Of a stretch of DNA of 64,000 nucleotides, positions 1 through 13,759 are shown one piece after another. The translations under genes were made by a program, and so were the position numbers. Positions within the stretch are counted from its first letter, which is position 1. The number at the start of each line of letters is the position of its first letter. The notes under the pieces are model-generated. The model ran no database searches and was not told the origin of the DNA. It saw only the letters and a list, made by a program, of their open reading frames with translations. The stretch is taken from contig NC_042997.1 in assembly GCF_006345805.1 (NCBI RefSeq), positions 74,524,001 to 74,588,000 on the forward strand, given 5' to 3'. This stretch comes from Octopus sinensis (lineage: Eukaryota).

Positions 1-270
1 ATTTTAAAAATAATTTCTTTGTAACTAAACACTTTTAAACTTCGTATACTGGTAGAATGTGTCACATAAAACATCTTTCTCTCTTGGCATTCTTGAGAAA
101 ATGATGTAGTTTGTAAGCTCTTTCTTGTATTTCAGCAATTTCAACCAATCAATGACGTCTATTGAGGTGAATACAATTACTGTTGTTGTTTGCAACAAGT
201 TCAAAACAACTTTCGGCGGTACGTGTATTTGTTTACATTTGAAGAAGATCGTCACTTTCTGTAAAATTTT
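1..270. mobile_element. Partial copy of the MITE-like element at 58691-59138 (reverse complement)
   Basis: Shares ttttaaaaataattt...gtaactaaacacttttaaactt...ggtagaatgtgtcacataaaacatc with the reverse complement of about 58750-59110. Confidence 0.7.
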
Positions 271-2900
271 TAATTTTACAGGGACATATAAAATGAGGTG
301 AGGATGCAAGTGGGCAAGGTTAGAAATCCCCATCTTAAAAGGTGTCGTTGCTAGGGCCAAAAACGCACACTTTGACAAGTCTACTCTCATTCTTTTATGT
401 GTCTGTCTTTCTCCATCACTCACTCTCTTTCCTCCCTTCCTTTCACTTTCTATCTATAACGGCGTTTCACAGTGTCTACCTCCCTTCCCTTCACTTTCTC
501 TCTATAACGTTATAGAGAGAAAGTGAAAAGAAGGGAGAAAGTAATAATGAGTGAATGAGAATAACGATTAAGGGTTTTAAAAGCGTAAAAATATTTTCTT
601 TCTCAACTTACTCAAGATCTTTTGTTGTTTATAAATGGGAGAGAGATAGATAGAGAAAGATAGAGAGTAAGAGAAAGCGAGGGAAAGTCTACTATTTTTC
701 CCCCGCTGCCTTCACCAGCGCTGTCACTCTCTCTCTCTCTCTCTTTACGTCTGTCTGCATTCATACAGGGAATTATCATCGCCACCACCACCACCAAATA
801 TTATGAATCAGATATTTATTGGGTGAATTTATATATATGTGTGTGTGTGTGTGTTCTATATATAAATATGTATATATAATGTATATATACAAAGTGTATA
901 TATCTCTATTTATATATATATATATATATAATTTGTATACACTTATATATATAATGCGTACACACACGCACACACACATACACACACTCACACACACATA
1001 TATATATAATGTGTGCATTATGTGGTCGGTTGAGCTGAAAATATGCACACCTATGTTAAAAGTGCTGGCTAGTTTGCATGGCAACTATTTTTTTCCTCAA
1101 ATGAAAGGACAAAATTCCTCATCTTATAAAATGTGGCCCGAGTAGACCCAAATGAAATCGGGTTATATTAATCAAAATGTGAAAAAGGGTCTAAATGGGG
1201 CTGGAAGGAGATTAAAATTTGCAGGAGAGGGTGTTTAGGAATTCCCTGTTACATCAAGCTAAAAAATTTGCGCCAGCCTTTAAATCGTCAATGTGTTGCC
1301 GTCCATGATGAAGAGGTTTTGAATTCTTGCCATGGTGAGTCTACTGTTGTGAGAAAGAATCACCTCAAAACTTGGTGTTTAGGAATTTTCTTTTACATCA
1401 AGTTCAAAATTTTACGCCAGCCGTTAAACTGTCAATACGTTGCTGTCCGTCATTAAGAAATGCCAGCCATGGTGACTCTACTATCCTCAGACTTTATCCC
1501 TTCAAACTTTGGTTTCCAATATTTTTTTATTTTTATTCAGCTCGCAAGTTCGTCTGTCCCTTTTAAATGTTAGTGTTTTGCTGTCTGCCTTGAAGCAGAC
1601 CTTTCCGTTGTCACTGCATGATACTTATGAGTGATTTTTCAAAATATTTTCTTTCCCAACTTAATCAAGATCTTTTGTTGTTTATAAATAGGAGAGAGAT
1701 AGATAAAGATAGAGAGTAAGAGAAAGCAAGGGAGAGTCCGAGAGAAATGAAGAGTAAGAGAGTGGGAAAGTGAGAGAGAAAGGAGAGAGAAACAAAGAGG
1801 GAGAATCATCATCATCATCGTTTAACATCTGTTTTCCGTGCTAGCACGGGTTGTACGGTATGACCGGGGTCTGGGAAGCCAGGAGGCTGCACCAGGCTCC
1901 AGTCTGATCTGGCAGTGTTTCTACAGCTGGATGCCCTTCCTAATGCCAACCACTCCTTGAGTGTAGTGGGTGCTCTTTTCATGCCATGGGCACAGGGTCC
2001 AGGGGGGGCTGGCAGCGGCCACGATCGGTTGGTGCTATTTACGTGCCACCGGCACAGTAGCCAGTTAAGGCGGCACTGCCATCGGCTACGTTCGTATGGT
2101 GCTTTTTACGTGCCGAAAGGAAGCAACAGAAAGTAACAACCACAACCTCACCCGCGCGTAGAGCGGGTCACCTTAAGCTAGTCTCTATATTATAATTCTG
2201 AAATGTAAAATGTTTGTTTGTATGGTTTTGGCATTGAGAGCGGGCCACTAGATCCCGTCGGATTGACTCCAAAATTTACAGGGACATGTAAAATGAGGTG
2301 AGGATGCAAATGGGCTAGGTTAGAAATCCCCATATTAAAAGGTGTCATTGCTAGGACCAAAAACGCACACTTTAACAAGTCTACTCTCATTCTTTTATGT
2401 GTCTGTCTTTCTCCATCACTCACTTTCTTTCCTCCCTTCCCTTCACTTTCTCTCTATAACGTTATAGAAAGAAAGTGAAAGGAAGGGAGAAAGTAATAAT
2501 GAGTGAACAAGAATAACAACGAAAGGTTTAAAAAGCGTAAAAGTATTTTCTTTCTCAACTTACTCAAGATCTTTTGTTTTTTATAAATGGGAAAGAGATA
2601 GATAGAGAAAAGTCTACTATTTTTTCCTCCGCCGCCTTCACCAGCGCTGTCTCTCTCTCTCTCTCTCTTTACGTCTGTCTGCATTCATACAGAGAATTAT
2701 CATCGCCACCACCACCACCACCACAACACAATCATGAGAACAAATATGATGAAACAGATAATTATTGGGCTAATTTATATGTGTGTGTGTGTTCTATATA
2801 TAAATATGTATATATAATGTATATATACAAAGTGTATATATCTGTATTTATATATATATATAATTTGTATACACTTATATATATAATGCGTACACACACG

Positions 2901-2932
<32 letters not shown>

Positions 2933-5900
2933 ATGTGTGCATTATGTGGTCGGTTGAGCTGAAAATATGCACACCTATGTTAAAAGTGCTGGCTAGTTTG
3001 CATGGCAACTATTTTTTTCCTCAAATGAAAGGCGTGACCTCTAGGACAAAATTCCTCATCTTGTAAAATGTGGCCCGAGTAGACCCGAATGAAATCAGAT
3101 TATATTAACCAAAATGAGAAAAGGGGTCTAAATGGGGCTGGAAGGGGATTAAAATTTACAGGAGCGTGTGTTTAGGAATTCTCTGTTACATTAAGCTAAA
3201 AAATTTGTGCCAGCCTTTCAATCTTCAATGTGTTGCCATCCATGATGAAGAAGTTTTGAATGCTTGCCATGGTGAGTCTACTGCCATGAGAAAGAATCAC
3301 TTGAAAACTTGGTGTTTAGGAATTTTCTTTTACATCAAGTTCAAAATTTTACGCCAGCCGTTAAACTGCCACTATGTTGCTGTCCGTCGTTAAGAAATGC
3401 CAGCCATGGTGACTCTACTATCCTCAGATTCTATCCCTTCAAACTTTGGTTTCCAATATTTTTATATTTTTATTCAGCTCGCAAGTTCGTCTGTCCCTTT
3501 TAAATGTTAGTGTTTTACTGTCTGCCTTGAAGCAGACCTTTCCGTTGTCACTGCCTGATATTTATGATTGATCTTTCAAACTACTTTCTTTCTCAACTTA
3601 CTCAAGATCTTTTGTTGTTTATAAATGGGAGAGAGATAGATAAAGATAGAGAGTAAGAGAAAACGAGGGAGAGTCCGAGAGAAATGAAGAGTAAGAGAGT
3701 GGGAAAGTGAGAGAGAAAGGAAAGAGAATGTGGCGAAAAGGAACAGAAAGGAAGCAACAGAAAGTAGCAACCACAACCTCACCCGTGCGTCTCTATATTA
3801 TAATTCTGAAATGCGAAAAGTTTGTTTGTTGGTTTTTGGCATTAGAACGGGTTAAAGGCCACTAGATCCCGTCAGATTGACTCCAAAATTTACAGGAACA
3901 TGTAAAATGAGGTGAAGATGCGAGTGGGCTAGGTCAGAAATCCCCCAAAACGCACACTTTGACAAGTCTACTCTCATTCTTTTATGTGTCTGTCTTTCTC
4001 CATCTCTCTCTCTCTTTCTTCCCTTCCTTTCACTTTCTCTCTATAAAGTCGTTTGATAGCATCTACTATCTTTCCTCCGCCGTTTTTTGCCAGCGCTGTC
4101 ACACACTCCCTCTCTCTATGTCTGTCTGCATTCATAGAGAGAATTATCATCGCCACAACCACCACACAATCAAGAGAATCTTTCTCTTAAAACAAATAAT
4201 CTTTAGGTTTCAAAATATTTGATTTTTCAGTCCTCTCTTTCATATATCACCTTTTCTTCCTCGATATCTCTCTTTTCCCCCTTCCCTCCAATTTCTCTCT
4301 CTATAATGACGTTTGACACCTCCGCCATCTCTCTTTCTTCTCCAACGCGTCTCTCAATGTATTTCTGCTTGTATCTATAAAGACGAAACTTGACAGCCAC
4401 AAAAGTTTAAATATTCCTACCACAGGTCTTTCCGAAAGGTGAATTATTATCTCCCACCACCACTGCACAATTATAACAGATATTATTTATCAGAAGATAT
4501 GTTATTATTTTGCGTAGATACAAGATTTGCTCTGCTAAGAAATATTATACCCTTTTAAAGAATTTATTTGTATGCTCAAGGCGACTGTCGTTAACAAAAA
4601 TTTGTTGGTAAATTGAAAAATTTTCCAGTTTTGAAATATTTACTTCTTAACTATTTTATTAGTTTTCTCATTGTAAACCAAATCATCTTTAGGTTTTAAA
4701 AAGTCTGCTTCCATTCTCTTATCTGCCTGTCTTCCTCCATCTCTCTCTGTTTCTTCCTTTCCCATCACTTTCTCTCTATAACGTCGCTTGACAGCGTCTA
4801 CAATCTTTCCCCTGCTGCCTTCGCCAGAGCTCTCACTCTTTCTCTCGCATCCTCTCACTCTCTCTCTCTCTCTACGTCTGTCTGCATTCATAGAGAGAAT
4901 TATCATTGCCACCACAACCACATGATCATGAGAACAAATATTATGAATCAGATATTTATTGGGTTAATCTGTGTGTGTGTGTTCTATACATAAATATGTA
5001 TATATAATGTATATATACAAAGTGTATATATCTGTATTTATATATTATATATGTATATATATATATGTGTGTGTGTGTGTGTAATTTGTATACATTGGTA
5101 TATATAATGCGTACACACACACACACATATATATAATGCGTATATATGTACATATATGTACATAATGTGTATATATGTACATATATATATATATATAATG
5201 TGTGCATTATGTGATCGGTTGAGCTGAAAATATGCACACCTATGTTAAAAGTGCTGCCGAGTTTGCATGACAACTATTTTTTTCCTCAAATGACCTCTAG
5301 GACAAAATTCCTCATCTTATAAAATGTGGCCCGAGTAGACCCAAAATTTTAGGCCAGCTGTTAAACTGCCACTATGTTGCTGTCCGTCGTTAAGAAATGC
5401 CAGCCATGGTGACTCTACTATCCTCAGACTTTATCCCTTCAAACTTTGGTTTCCAATATTTTTATTCAGCCTGCAAGTTCGTCTGTCCCTTTTAAATGTT
5501 AGTGTTTTGCTGTCTGCCTTGAAGCAGACCTTTCCGTTGTCACTACCTGATATTTATGATTGATCTTTCAAACTACTTTCTTTCTCCACTTACTCAAGAT
5601 CTTTTGTTGTTTATAAATGGGAGAGAGATAGATAGAGAAAGATAGAGAGTAAGAGAAAGCGAAGGAGAGTCCGAGAGAAATAAAGAGTAAGAGAGTGGGA
5701 AAATGAGAGAAAGGAGAGAGAAACAAAGGGGGAGAATGTCGTGATAAAAAACAGAAAGGAAGCAACAGAAAGTAACAACCACAACCTCATCCGCGCGTAG
5801 AGCGGGTCACCTTAAGCTAGTCTCTATATTATATATCTGAAATGCGAAAAGTTTGTTTGTCTGGTTTTTGCCATTGAGAATGGGTTAAAGGCCACTAGAT

Positions 5901-6452
5901 CCCGTCGGATTGACTCCGAAATTTACAGGGACATGTAAAATGAGGTGAGGATGGGAGTGGGCTAGGTTAGAAATCCCTATCTTAAAAGGTATGGTTACTA
6001 GGGCAAAAAACGCACACTTTGACAAGTCTTCTTACATTCTCTTCCTGTCTTCCTCCGTCTCTCTCTGTTTTCTCCCTTCCCATCACTTTCTCTCTATAAC
6101 GACGTTTGACAGCTACTACTATCTTTCCCCTGCCACCTTCGCCAACGCTGTCACTCTCTCTCCCACCGCCCCCCCCTCTCTCTCTCTGTACGCCTGTCTG
6201 CATTCATAGAGAGTTTTATTATCGCCACCACCACCACACAATCATGAGAACAAATATTATGAATCAGATATTTATTGGGTTAATTTATATATGTGTGTGT
6301 GTGTATCTGCATCTATATATAAATATGTATATATACATTATATATACAAAGTGTATATATCTGCATTTATATATATATATGTATCCAATATGTATACAAT
6401 TGTATATATAATGCGTACACACATACACACATATATACATAATGCATATATA

Positions 6453-6483
<31 letters not shown>

Positions 6484-7738
6484 TATGTGTACATTATGTG
6501 GTCAGTTGAGCTGAAAATTTGCACACCTATGTTAAAAGTGCTGGTGAGTTTGCATGGCAACTATTTTTTTCCTCAAATGAAAGGCGTGACCTCTAGGACA
6601 AAAGTCCTCATCTTTTAAAATGTGGCCCGATTTCACCCGAATGAAATTGGCTTATATTAACCAGACAAGTAAAACAATGAAAAACTATGCCATTTTAATG
6701 CCAAGTAAGATCGGGTATCTCTGTAGGTCTGCTACATATTTGTGAAAAGGGCAGACGTTGTCTCACAAGCAGTTATACAGGCAAAAGTGTTAGTAAATTT
6801 GCACACCTATGTTAAAAGTCTTGGCGAGTTTGCATGGCAACTTTGAGGTTGCTCAATTGAAAGGTATAGCCTCTAGGGCAAAATTCCTCATCTTTAAAGT
6901 GTGGCCTGCATAGACCCGAATGAAATCGAGTTATAATACCGAAACAAAAAAGAAAACAATGATAAACTATTTTAATCCCGAGCAAGACCGGGTTTCTCTG
7001 CTATCTATATATATAAATGAGGCTTTGGGTCAAAATTATGTGCATGTTTTGCTATGTCAGAGGTTGGCGGCCACACTAGTGGTCAGATCGAGCTGAAAAT
7101 TGACACAGGCATAGAAGGCGTGATGAGGCAGAGTTGAGTTGGTTAAAACTCACCATCTGGAAAGATGTGGTTGCTATGGTGAGAAGATTCAAGGGGGCTC
7201 TAAGCCCCTCCAGATTGGCGCGATTGGCATCTAATCCTATCTATAAAATGAAGGTGAACGTAGACACAAATTGGATTTTTATGTAAAAAGGGGTCTAAAT
7301 AGGGCTGGAAGGAGATTCAAATTTACAGGAGGGGTAACTTGAGGGGGGAAATTGATTGGGAGACGTTTTGTGGCACCACAGTGGTTGCTTTGGTGTGAAA
7401 ACTGGAATTTTATTGATTGGGGGGGGACACTTGGTTGTCTAGATTGGACACCTTTTGCCTAATTTCTATCAAATTTTCAACATGGTAAAGTGGAAGCGCA
7501 TTTGTAATTTAAACACGGAAATCTAATTTTTTATAAATGGCAGAGAGATAGATAGAGAAAGATAAAGAGTAAGAGAAAGCGAGGGAAAGTCTGAGAGAAA
7601 GGAAGAGTTAGAGAGTGGGAAAATGAGAAAGGATAGAGAAACAAAGAGGGAGAATGTGGCGATAAGAAACAGAAAGGAAGCAATAGAAAGTAACAACCAC
7701 AACCTCACCCACGTGTAGAGCAGGTCACGTTAAGCTAG
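1..7738 (+). mobile_element. Head-to-tail tandem array of about 4 non-autonomous Helitron copies (units end at 2181, about 3789, 5820, 7738)
   Basis: Repeated 1.6-2.2 kb units with the same internal blocks and microsatellites. Three of the four units end in a GC hairpin (ACCCGC-gcgtaga-GCGGGT or a variant) plus 9 nt plus CTAG (2178-2181, 5817-5820, 7735-7738), followed directly by TC. Confidence 0.8.
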
Positions 7739-9343
7739 TCTATATATATATAAAACAAAGGATGTCTGCATGTGTAATATTTATGTATTTCTATAGTTTT
7801 CAATTGATTCCCACCATACTTTACACACACAATGCAAGAAAATGACTGCAAAAACAAAACCTTTGACTTCTGCAGTTTTCATCTGATTCTCTCTCGCCCT
7901 ATTTATTTATCTTTTCTCTACTTTTCTTCAATCTCAACATCTGTCACTGTTCCTCTCTTTAATTTCATGTCTGTTTCTTTCACTCACTCACTCTCCCTCT
8001 CTCTCAAACTGACACACAATATCTTCTTTTGACTACAAATTGACTTCCATGTTTTTCAAATAGTCTTGCATTGAAATCTGTGTCATTACCGTTTCTGTGT
8101 ACTCCCAATGAAAAATAAATTGGTTACTTTTTTTTTATCCAGTATTTAAATTCAGTTTTGCCTAAAAATTGACTTCCATCAATATCTTTGTCTTCGCTCT
8201 CCTTTTCCAACAGATTCTCTCCCTTTGGCTTCTGCAGTTTTCATCCAATTCTCTCCTTCTCTCAATGTTTATTTATCACTTCTCTTTCCTTCTCTCCACT
8301 CTGACCATCTGTCACGGTTCCTCTCTTTATTTCTATGTCTGTTTCTTTCACTCATTTTCTCTCTCTCTCTTTCTCTCTTTAATTGACACAAAATAACTTC
8401 TGTATAAAAATTGTCTTCCATTTATTTTACATAGTCTTGCATTTAAATAAGTCATTATGTTAAATTCTCACTGAAAAATAACTTGGTTATTTCTCATTTT
8501 CATTCACCCACTGTGTCTAAATTGAGTTTTGCCATATGTGCCTAAATATTGACATCTGTGTCTTCAGTGTGATTTTCCAAGCAATTCTCTCCATCTCTCA
8601 CTGTTTTTTTTATCTCTTCACTTTCATTTTCTCCACTCTCAACAACTGTCACTGTTCCTCCCTTTAATTCTATGTGTTTCTTTCTCTCATACTTCCTCTC
8701 TCTCTCACTCTTTCCTTCTTTCCTACCTTCTTTCTTTCCTTCCTTCCTTCTTTCTTTCTCCCTCCCACTTTCTTTTCTCCTTTCCTTTCTTTCTCCCTCT
8801 CTCTTTCTCTCTGAGCGTGATCATTGCCAGGGACACAGATTGGTTCCCATGCTGGTGGCATGTAAAAAGTACCATTCAAGCGTGATCATTGCCAGCGTTG
8901 CCTTACCAGCACATGTGCCACTGGCATGTAAAAAACAACGTTTGAGTGTCGTCATTGCCAGTGCCGCTAGACTGGCTCCCGTGCAGGTAGCACGTAAAAA
9001 ACACCTTTTGAGCATGGTCATTGCCAGAACTGCCTGACTGGCCCTTGTGCCAGTGGCACATAAAAGCACCCACAACACTCTCAGAGTAGTTGGCATTAGG
9101 AAGGGCATCCAGCTGTAGAAACTCTGCCAGATCAGATTGCACCTGGTGCAGCCTTCTGACTCACCAGTCCTCAGTCAAACAATCCAACCCATGCCAGCAT
9201 GGAAAGCAGACATTAAGCGACAATGATGATGATGTTTGACTAAAGGCGGTGCTCTAGCATGGCCACAGTCAAATGACTGAAACAAGTAAAAGACTAAAAA
9301 CTGTACCATTTTAGTCCCAAGCAATGCTGGGTATCTCTGCTAG
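7739..9343 (+). mobile_element. Second non-autonomous Helitron family, carrying an RTE 3'UTR insertion (about 8800-9235)
   Basis: 5' end TCTATATATATATAAAAC; 3' hairpin CCCAAGCAATGCTGGG plus TATCTCTG plus CTAG (9340-9343), followed by T. Confidence 0.7.
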
Positions 9344-9364
9344 TATATTAATAAAAAATATTTT

Positions 9365-10832
9365 AACTAGAAAAGCACTCGGAGAGTGCAGACCTCTGCC
9401 AAGCAGCTCATTTCCACCCATATATACAATGTCATTATCATGATGGTTACCTTGACAGTCACATTCACCACCACAACCAGTATAACCACTGCAATACCAC
9501 CATCCTCAGCATCACACATCACACCGCTTCTGTTGCCATTGTAACCACTGATACTATTTTATCCTCCTCCCATACTTATCTCGACCATCATCATCATCAA
9601 CACTGTCTCTGCTTTCACTACAATCACCATCAAAATTACACTCACCACAATCACCGTCAAAACTACAATCACCACAATCAGTTTCTTTACACAGTTGAAA
9701 ATCCATTATCCAATACTCATGGGACCGAGATTGCTGCAGACATTTGATTTTTCTAATTTCGGAGTTCTTTATAAATTTTTTTTTTAAATTGCATCTACAA
9801 AACAGAACAGTTTGAGGATAGAAACACAATAGCTTATAGACATATTCTGAATGTAGCTCTATATAAATCTTTAATAATTTTTTATACTTAAGACCATCAG
9901 AAATGTTAAGATATCAGCCTCTACCCACGTTGTCATGCTTTGATTAATAGCTTACAGCATAGATTAAATTAATTAGATAAGTTTCGGCCATAGTTGACTC
10001 AGGCCATGTCTAATTTAATAGCACTACCTGGAAGAGATACACAGTCAGTTCTGAGGAACAGTAACCCAATCAAGCAGAGGATTATTGTTTTCAGAGACAT
10101 ATCTGGGTGTGGGTGGTTTATCTGGTATTTGTTAGGGGTAATCATCTAGGGATCATTTGAATGCCATGAAGTCACTTTCCTCCTTTATGTGTGTCTGGCA
10201 TGATGTTGAAGAGAGCAAGGTCAATTGAGGTGAAATAGTTCTATCATAGTGTTGTGATATGACATGAACATTTCTGTAGTGGATGGATGGCAAAGGGGCC
10301 AAGCCTCAGATGAATTTTAAAGATGGGCAATGTTGATGGAATATTTTCCACATCATGCAGATGATATAGAGCTCACAGTGGTGGTGGAGGGAGCAAAGCC
10401 TGAGCTTTTTGAGTTGATCCCAATAGTCAAGGCTTGTCATGTCATCCTCCGCAGACCTCTGCCAAGCAGTTCATTTTAAGATAGATACACAAGTAAAATT
10501 ACTGATAGAGAAAGGAAAATAAACTTTGGAATCAGCAACACCACCATAGGTTACGTGGAAACTATGAACGTGTTTTCAAGGGAGATAATCAAAGAATGTA
10601 ACGTAATACTTCATGTAAAGTAGATATAACAAATGAAAAATCCTTCATGAATCCATAAAAATTCCTGAATCACTACTAACATTTCATCATCTGTTCCTTG
10701 TGTTATTACCAACTTTTCTTACAAGTTTCATCAAATACTGTTCACAACTTTTTGAGTAATTTTTCACACAGACAGACAGACGGACAAACCAACACTGATG
10801 AAAACATAACCTCCTTCATTGATAGAGGTAAC
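9365..10832 (+). mobile_element. Helentron-associated interspersed element (HINE/DINE-1-like)
   Basis: 5' AACTAG with a GCACTC-gga-GAGTGC hairpin. 3' (GACA)n followed by ATAACCTCC...GAGGTAA stem-loop at 10806-10831, the typical HINE end. Internal direct repeat gcagacctctgccaagcag at about 9388 and 10451. Confidence 0.55.
10020..10440 (-). mobile_element. Degenerate 3' fragment of a CR1/L2-group LINE
   Basis: Minus strand reads DYWDQLKKLRLCSLHHHCELYIICMMWKIF, homologous to the DYWQRLKTLKMYSIERRFERYRIIYIWKMI C-terminus of the element at 27.6 kb. Confidence 0.65.
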
Positions 10833-10899
10833 TATTCTCAGTGCATTTTCAACTTCTATTTTTCCCATATTTTCACCTGTGTGGAATAAAATAACTTAG

Positions 10900-10981
<82 letters not shown>

Positions 10982-11042
10982 CTTTATTAATAAATCTGTG
11001 AAGACATCACAAAAACTGTTACTCTTTCCCATTCATCAGATA

Positions 11043-11076
11043 GTCTGACGAACGGGAACGTGAAACTTTGAGTAAC
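11043..11076 (+). ncRNA. Minimal type-I hammerhead ribozyme motif with intact core
   Basis: CTGACGA (11045-11051); stem II ACG-GGAA-CGT; GAAA (11062-11065); helix III C-TTTGA-G; GTA cleavage triplet (11072-11074). Stem I has only 2 clear pairs. Confidence 0.55.
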
Positions 11077-12034
11077 AGTTTTCATGATGTCTTTACAGCA
11101 TTATTAATAAAGCATGATACTCTACCTCTGGTAGTATTCGAGTACTATTTTTTTCCACCTTGTTTCACATTTATGTGCTTACTGTTCGTGACCCACCTCT
11201 CTGTATCACTATGTGTCTCTCCCTCTCTCTCGGCAGTCACTCTGTCTGTGTCTATCTCTCCCTCTCTTTCGATTACCACTCGCCTCGCCAAGACTCCCTA
11301 CTTCTTACTTCCCCCACCACCAATCTATATAAACTAGCGCATGCATGATGACACTCCTATTCGATTTCGATACCTTGGCTTTAAAATACAAATCCCAGAG
11401 GATGCAAAATTTCAGATAAGAGACTAACCTTTCAACTTGTTACCTACCTTCCATTATATTTCTGTGCATATCATCATAAACCCTTATTATTATTTTCTCT
11501 CTTTTTTGTGTTATTCTGTCTATTTCAGCACCATGCCATCATGTAAATATAGTTCTATAGTTTTGTCTTACTGTTGATGTCAAAGATAACCTTAGCTCAC
11601 GCATTTCCTTAATCTGCAACATATTCTCTCACTCATCTATGAAGTTTATCTATTTACTATTATCAACTTCAGCTGTCTCATTAATTAACTATGCCACTCA
11701 ATCCCAAAACCATTCCTCCTGCATGTCGTGACCCCCACCCTCTCTGCTCACTATGTGTCTATCTATCTATCTATCTGTCTATCTATCTGCCTTCACCCTG
11801 TCTGTCTGTCTCTCTTAATTCCTAGCACTCGCCCGTGTTTGCTAGTTCACAGTTCACCCACCCTTCCACCCACCTCCACCTGTACCGGATGTCCCTATTT
11901 TGTCATCCTTTGGTTGTCTCCCATGAACACTTCTAAAGGCCTTACGCCATCCCCACCCCTACTATATAAGGTAGTGATCATACAGTGCAAAATATGATAG
12001 TATAGTGTACGCAGGTTCAACATAAGACTATTGT

Positions 12035-13570
12035 TTGCTTATGAATTCTGCCAAATGTGAGCTCTCTTTTCAGGTACATGACGCCACTGCCCCTTATCCC
12101 AGGGTCTCTAAGGACCATACCTCCCACACCCTCAGAGTTGGCACTCTCAACGTCAGCACACTGAAAGGTAGGTCTGGTGAGATTGTCGAGATGCTTGAAC
12201 AGAGATGTGTCAATATGTGCTGCATCCAAGAAGTAAGGTGGAGAGGAGGTTCTGCTAGGTTCCTCACAGGCAAAGAACACAGGTACAAGATTTTCTGGGC
12301 AGGGAACACTGAAGAGGTTGTGGGTGTGGGTATACTTCTTGTGGAAAAATGGGTAGATGAGGTAATTGAGGTAGTCAGGGTATGCGACAGAATACGACAG
12401 ATTAGATTAGTGCTCCATCATGGGTTAGCAACCATTATCTCGGCCTATGCCCCTCAGCCAGGGCTACCCGATAGACAGAAAGATTGATTCTATGACACTC
12501 TCTTGCAGACTACCAGATTGACGAATGACAGGGACCTTCTCTTTGTGGCTGGTGACTTCAATGGACATGTTGGACAACATGTCGGGGGCTTCCATGGCAT
12601 ACATGGAGGCTATGGTTTTGGCTCTCGCAATGAGGAGGGAACCAGGCTGCTGGAGTTCTGTGACGCAAATGATCTTATGGTTTGCAATACTAACTTCAGA
12701 AAACCTGCCAGTCACCTAGTCACCTACTGCTCTGGCAGGCACACTAGTCAGATCGACTACATCCTCACCAGAAAAAGGAAAAGATGGCTGCTTATAAATG
12801 CCAAAACCTTCCCAGGTGAAGAATGTACCCCACAACATAGACTGGTAGTTAGTGACTTCAGGATCAGGGCTAAATGAATGCCCAGACGATGACCAGCAAA
12901 AAGAAGAATGGACAGAGATTTAGAGACATATTACTCAAAGCCTTTGATGAAATAGAAGTGGATATAGTTTCACATGGTGTAGAAGACAACTGGAGGTTCC
13001 TATGGGACAACCTGCTAAGGGCCACTGACCAGATCTGTGGATGGTGCAAAGTCCTCTCTCGACCCAAAATAACGTGGTGGTGGAAGAATGTTGTTGACAG
13101 GGCTATTTGACAAAAGAAACAGGCTCGGAAGGACTGGAAGAACGGTGGTAGCAGGGAAATGTATCAGACTGCCAAAAGAGAAGCTAGGAGACAGGTCTAT
13201 TTAGCCAGACGGGAAGCAGATAAGAAAAAATTTGCCAATGTTCTGCACCGTGAGGACCAAAGACTTGAGATATTTCATGTTGCCAGACAGTGTGTGAGAG
13301 AGAATCGTGATGTGGTAGGAGAGAAATGTGTTCGCATGGATGATAGTTCACTTGTGCTAAATGAGGATGCAAAGAGAGAGGTTTGGAGACGCCACTATGA
13401 AAAGTTGTTGAATAAAGAAAATGAATGGGAGAAAGAGAGTCTGCTGAATGTCGACCCAACAGAGGGACCAGCTATCCGAGTTGACAGTACCTTGGTAGAT
13501 AAGGCAATTAGAAGTATGAAGACAGGGAAAGCCCCCGGCCCATCAGGAATTACTGCAGAGATGCTCAAAT
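12035..13570 (+). mobile_element. RTE-clade LINE, 5' half (APE endonuclease to start of RT), disrupted
   Basis: ORFs contain LRVGTLNVSTL, CCIQEVRWRG, ISAYAPQ, VAGDFNGHVG, QIDYIL and MKTGKAPGPSGI; stops and frameshifts lie between them. Confidence 0.9.
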
Positions 13571-13759
13571 TAAATATTTAAATGTTTATATACTTGTGTG
13601 TTTTTAATACAAATATTATCTCAAACTTTATATTGATTTATTAATGTCAAAGAAAGAACACATATATAGTGAATATTCTATTGGATAATAGGTCATGCTC
13701 CTCTAGTTTTCCGCTAGTATTGCCTCCATTCAAATTATATATATATATACATGTCTCTT

